The notes under the pieces: generated by a model
Told to the model about the DNA's origin: nothing
What the model saw: only the letters and a program-made list of their open reading frames with translations
Database searches by the model: none
Part shown: piece after piece, positions 56,300 through 64,000 of the stretch
How the letters are laid out: the number at the start of each line of letters is the position of its first letter
How positions within the stretch are numbered: position 1 is the first letter of the stretch
Made by a program: the position numbers and the translations under genes
Source: Lingula anatina
Taxonomy: Eukaryota > Animalia > Brachiopoda
Reading direction: 5' to 3'
Length of the DNA: 64,000 nucleotides
NCBI GenBank assembly: GCA_051362555.1
Contig: CM120640.1
Span: 46,602,788-46,666,787, forward strand

Positions 56300-56520
56300 G
56301 GTAATTCAATTGAGGAATTATCTTTATTAATGATATTTTCGTTGCACGAGGAAACCCTTTCTCGCGTGATTTTCTCAATGTTGGCTAGATCGTAGATGGC
56401 AGCACAGTCGTCAGAATGTGAGTGGAGCTAATGTTGAAATCTTTCAAATTCTCTTTTCTTTGAAACAGTGGATTGGCAATAATCTGAGTGCATGGATACT
56501 TTAATCAAGTGATCATTATG
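56300..56520. promoter_or_regulatory. Shared head-to-head promoter region of TMEM68 and CCM2
   Basis: CpG-enriched patch between divergently oriented genes; possible TMEM68 non-coding exon donor near 56145; AGATGGC YY1-like motif near 56394. Confidence 0.4.
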
Positions 56521-56522
56521 AG

Positions 56523-63551
<7,029 letters not shown>

Positions 63552-64000
63552 GTAACTTTAATATTTATACATGTAAATAATTATAAATACAATCACTCTC
63601 AAGTATGATATGAAAATTTCTCTGTGTGTAATGCACATAGTGTTTTTAAATCTCAATGCATGAAGCCAAGAGTACAATCATTATAAAAAAAATACGGAAA
63701 GAATAACATTTAAATAGTAAAAGATGCTATGAATAGAATTTGATACGCTGCTCATCATCTTATAATGAAAAAAAAAAACGTTAGTCTGTCTACATTGCAG
63801 TTTCTTCTTGTCATTTATTCATATGCTTCAGTTGCATGTGCAGAAAAATAATGGCTTTGACATTTGGGGTGGAGTAAATGTTAACCCTAATTAGTCTCCA
63901 TCAGACAGAAGCTCGTGATTATAAATATTTCACTATCGTAGTACATGTACAACTGGGAGCTCCCGTTCTTTGTGAATAATGAACACTGACATATTTATCT

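Noticed and set aside
63882-63890. TAACCCTAA (and CTAACCCAAACCC on - at ~23885) as a telomerase template
   Set aside because: A short match expected by chance in AT-rich DNA, with no supporting structure.

Overview
AT-rich, intron-containing animal genomic DNA, probably lophotrochozoan or mollusc judging from repeat types and protein divergence. Six protein-coding genes could be reconstructed exon by exon from GT-AG boundaries: NRBP (-, 2929-19598), PPM1G (+, 29305-34662), TDH (-, 36769-44041), an XKR4/6/7-type XK-related scramblase (+, 45347-48565), TMEM68 (-, 52613-55374) and the 5' part of CCM2 (+, from 56523, truncated by the window). This order joins neighbour pairs that lie on different human paralogons (PPM1G-NRBP1, TDH-XKR6, XKR4-TMEM68, XKR7-CCM2L). 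The ~9.6 kb between NRBP and PPM1G holds CpG-rich promoter patches and at least two convergent spliced transcription units with only short ORFs (46 aa and 50 aa candidates). One of them has a highly structured ~270-nt intronic RNA candidate that I cannot assign to a known family. Introns carry Helentron-type non-autonomous elements with 161-bp and 146-bp tandem arrays, MITEs with 5-bp and TAA target-site duplications, and a truncated LINE. All homology calls come from motif recognition by eye; no database search was run.
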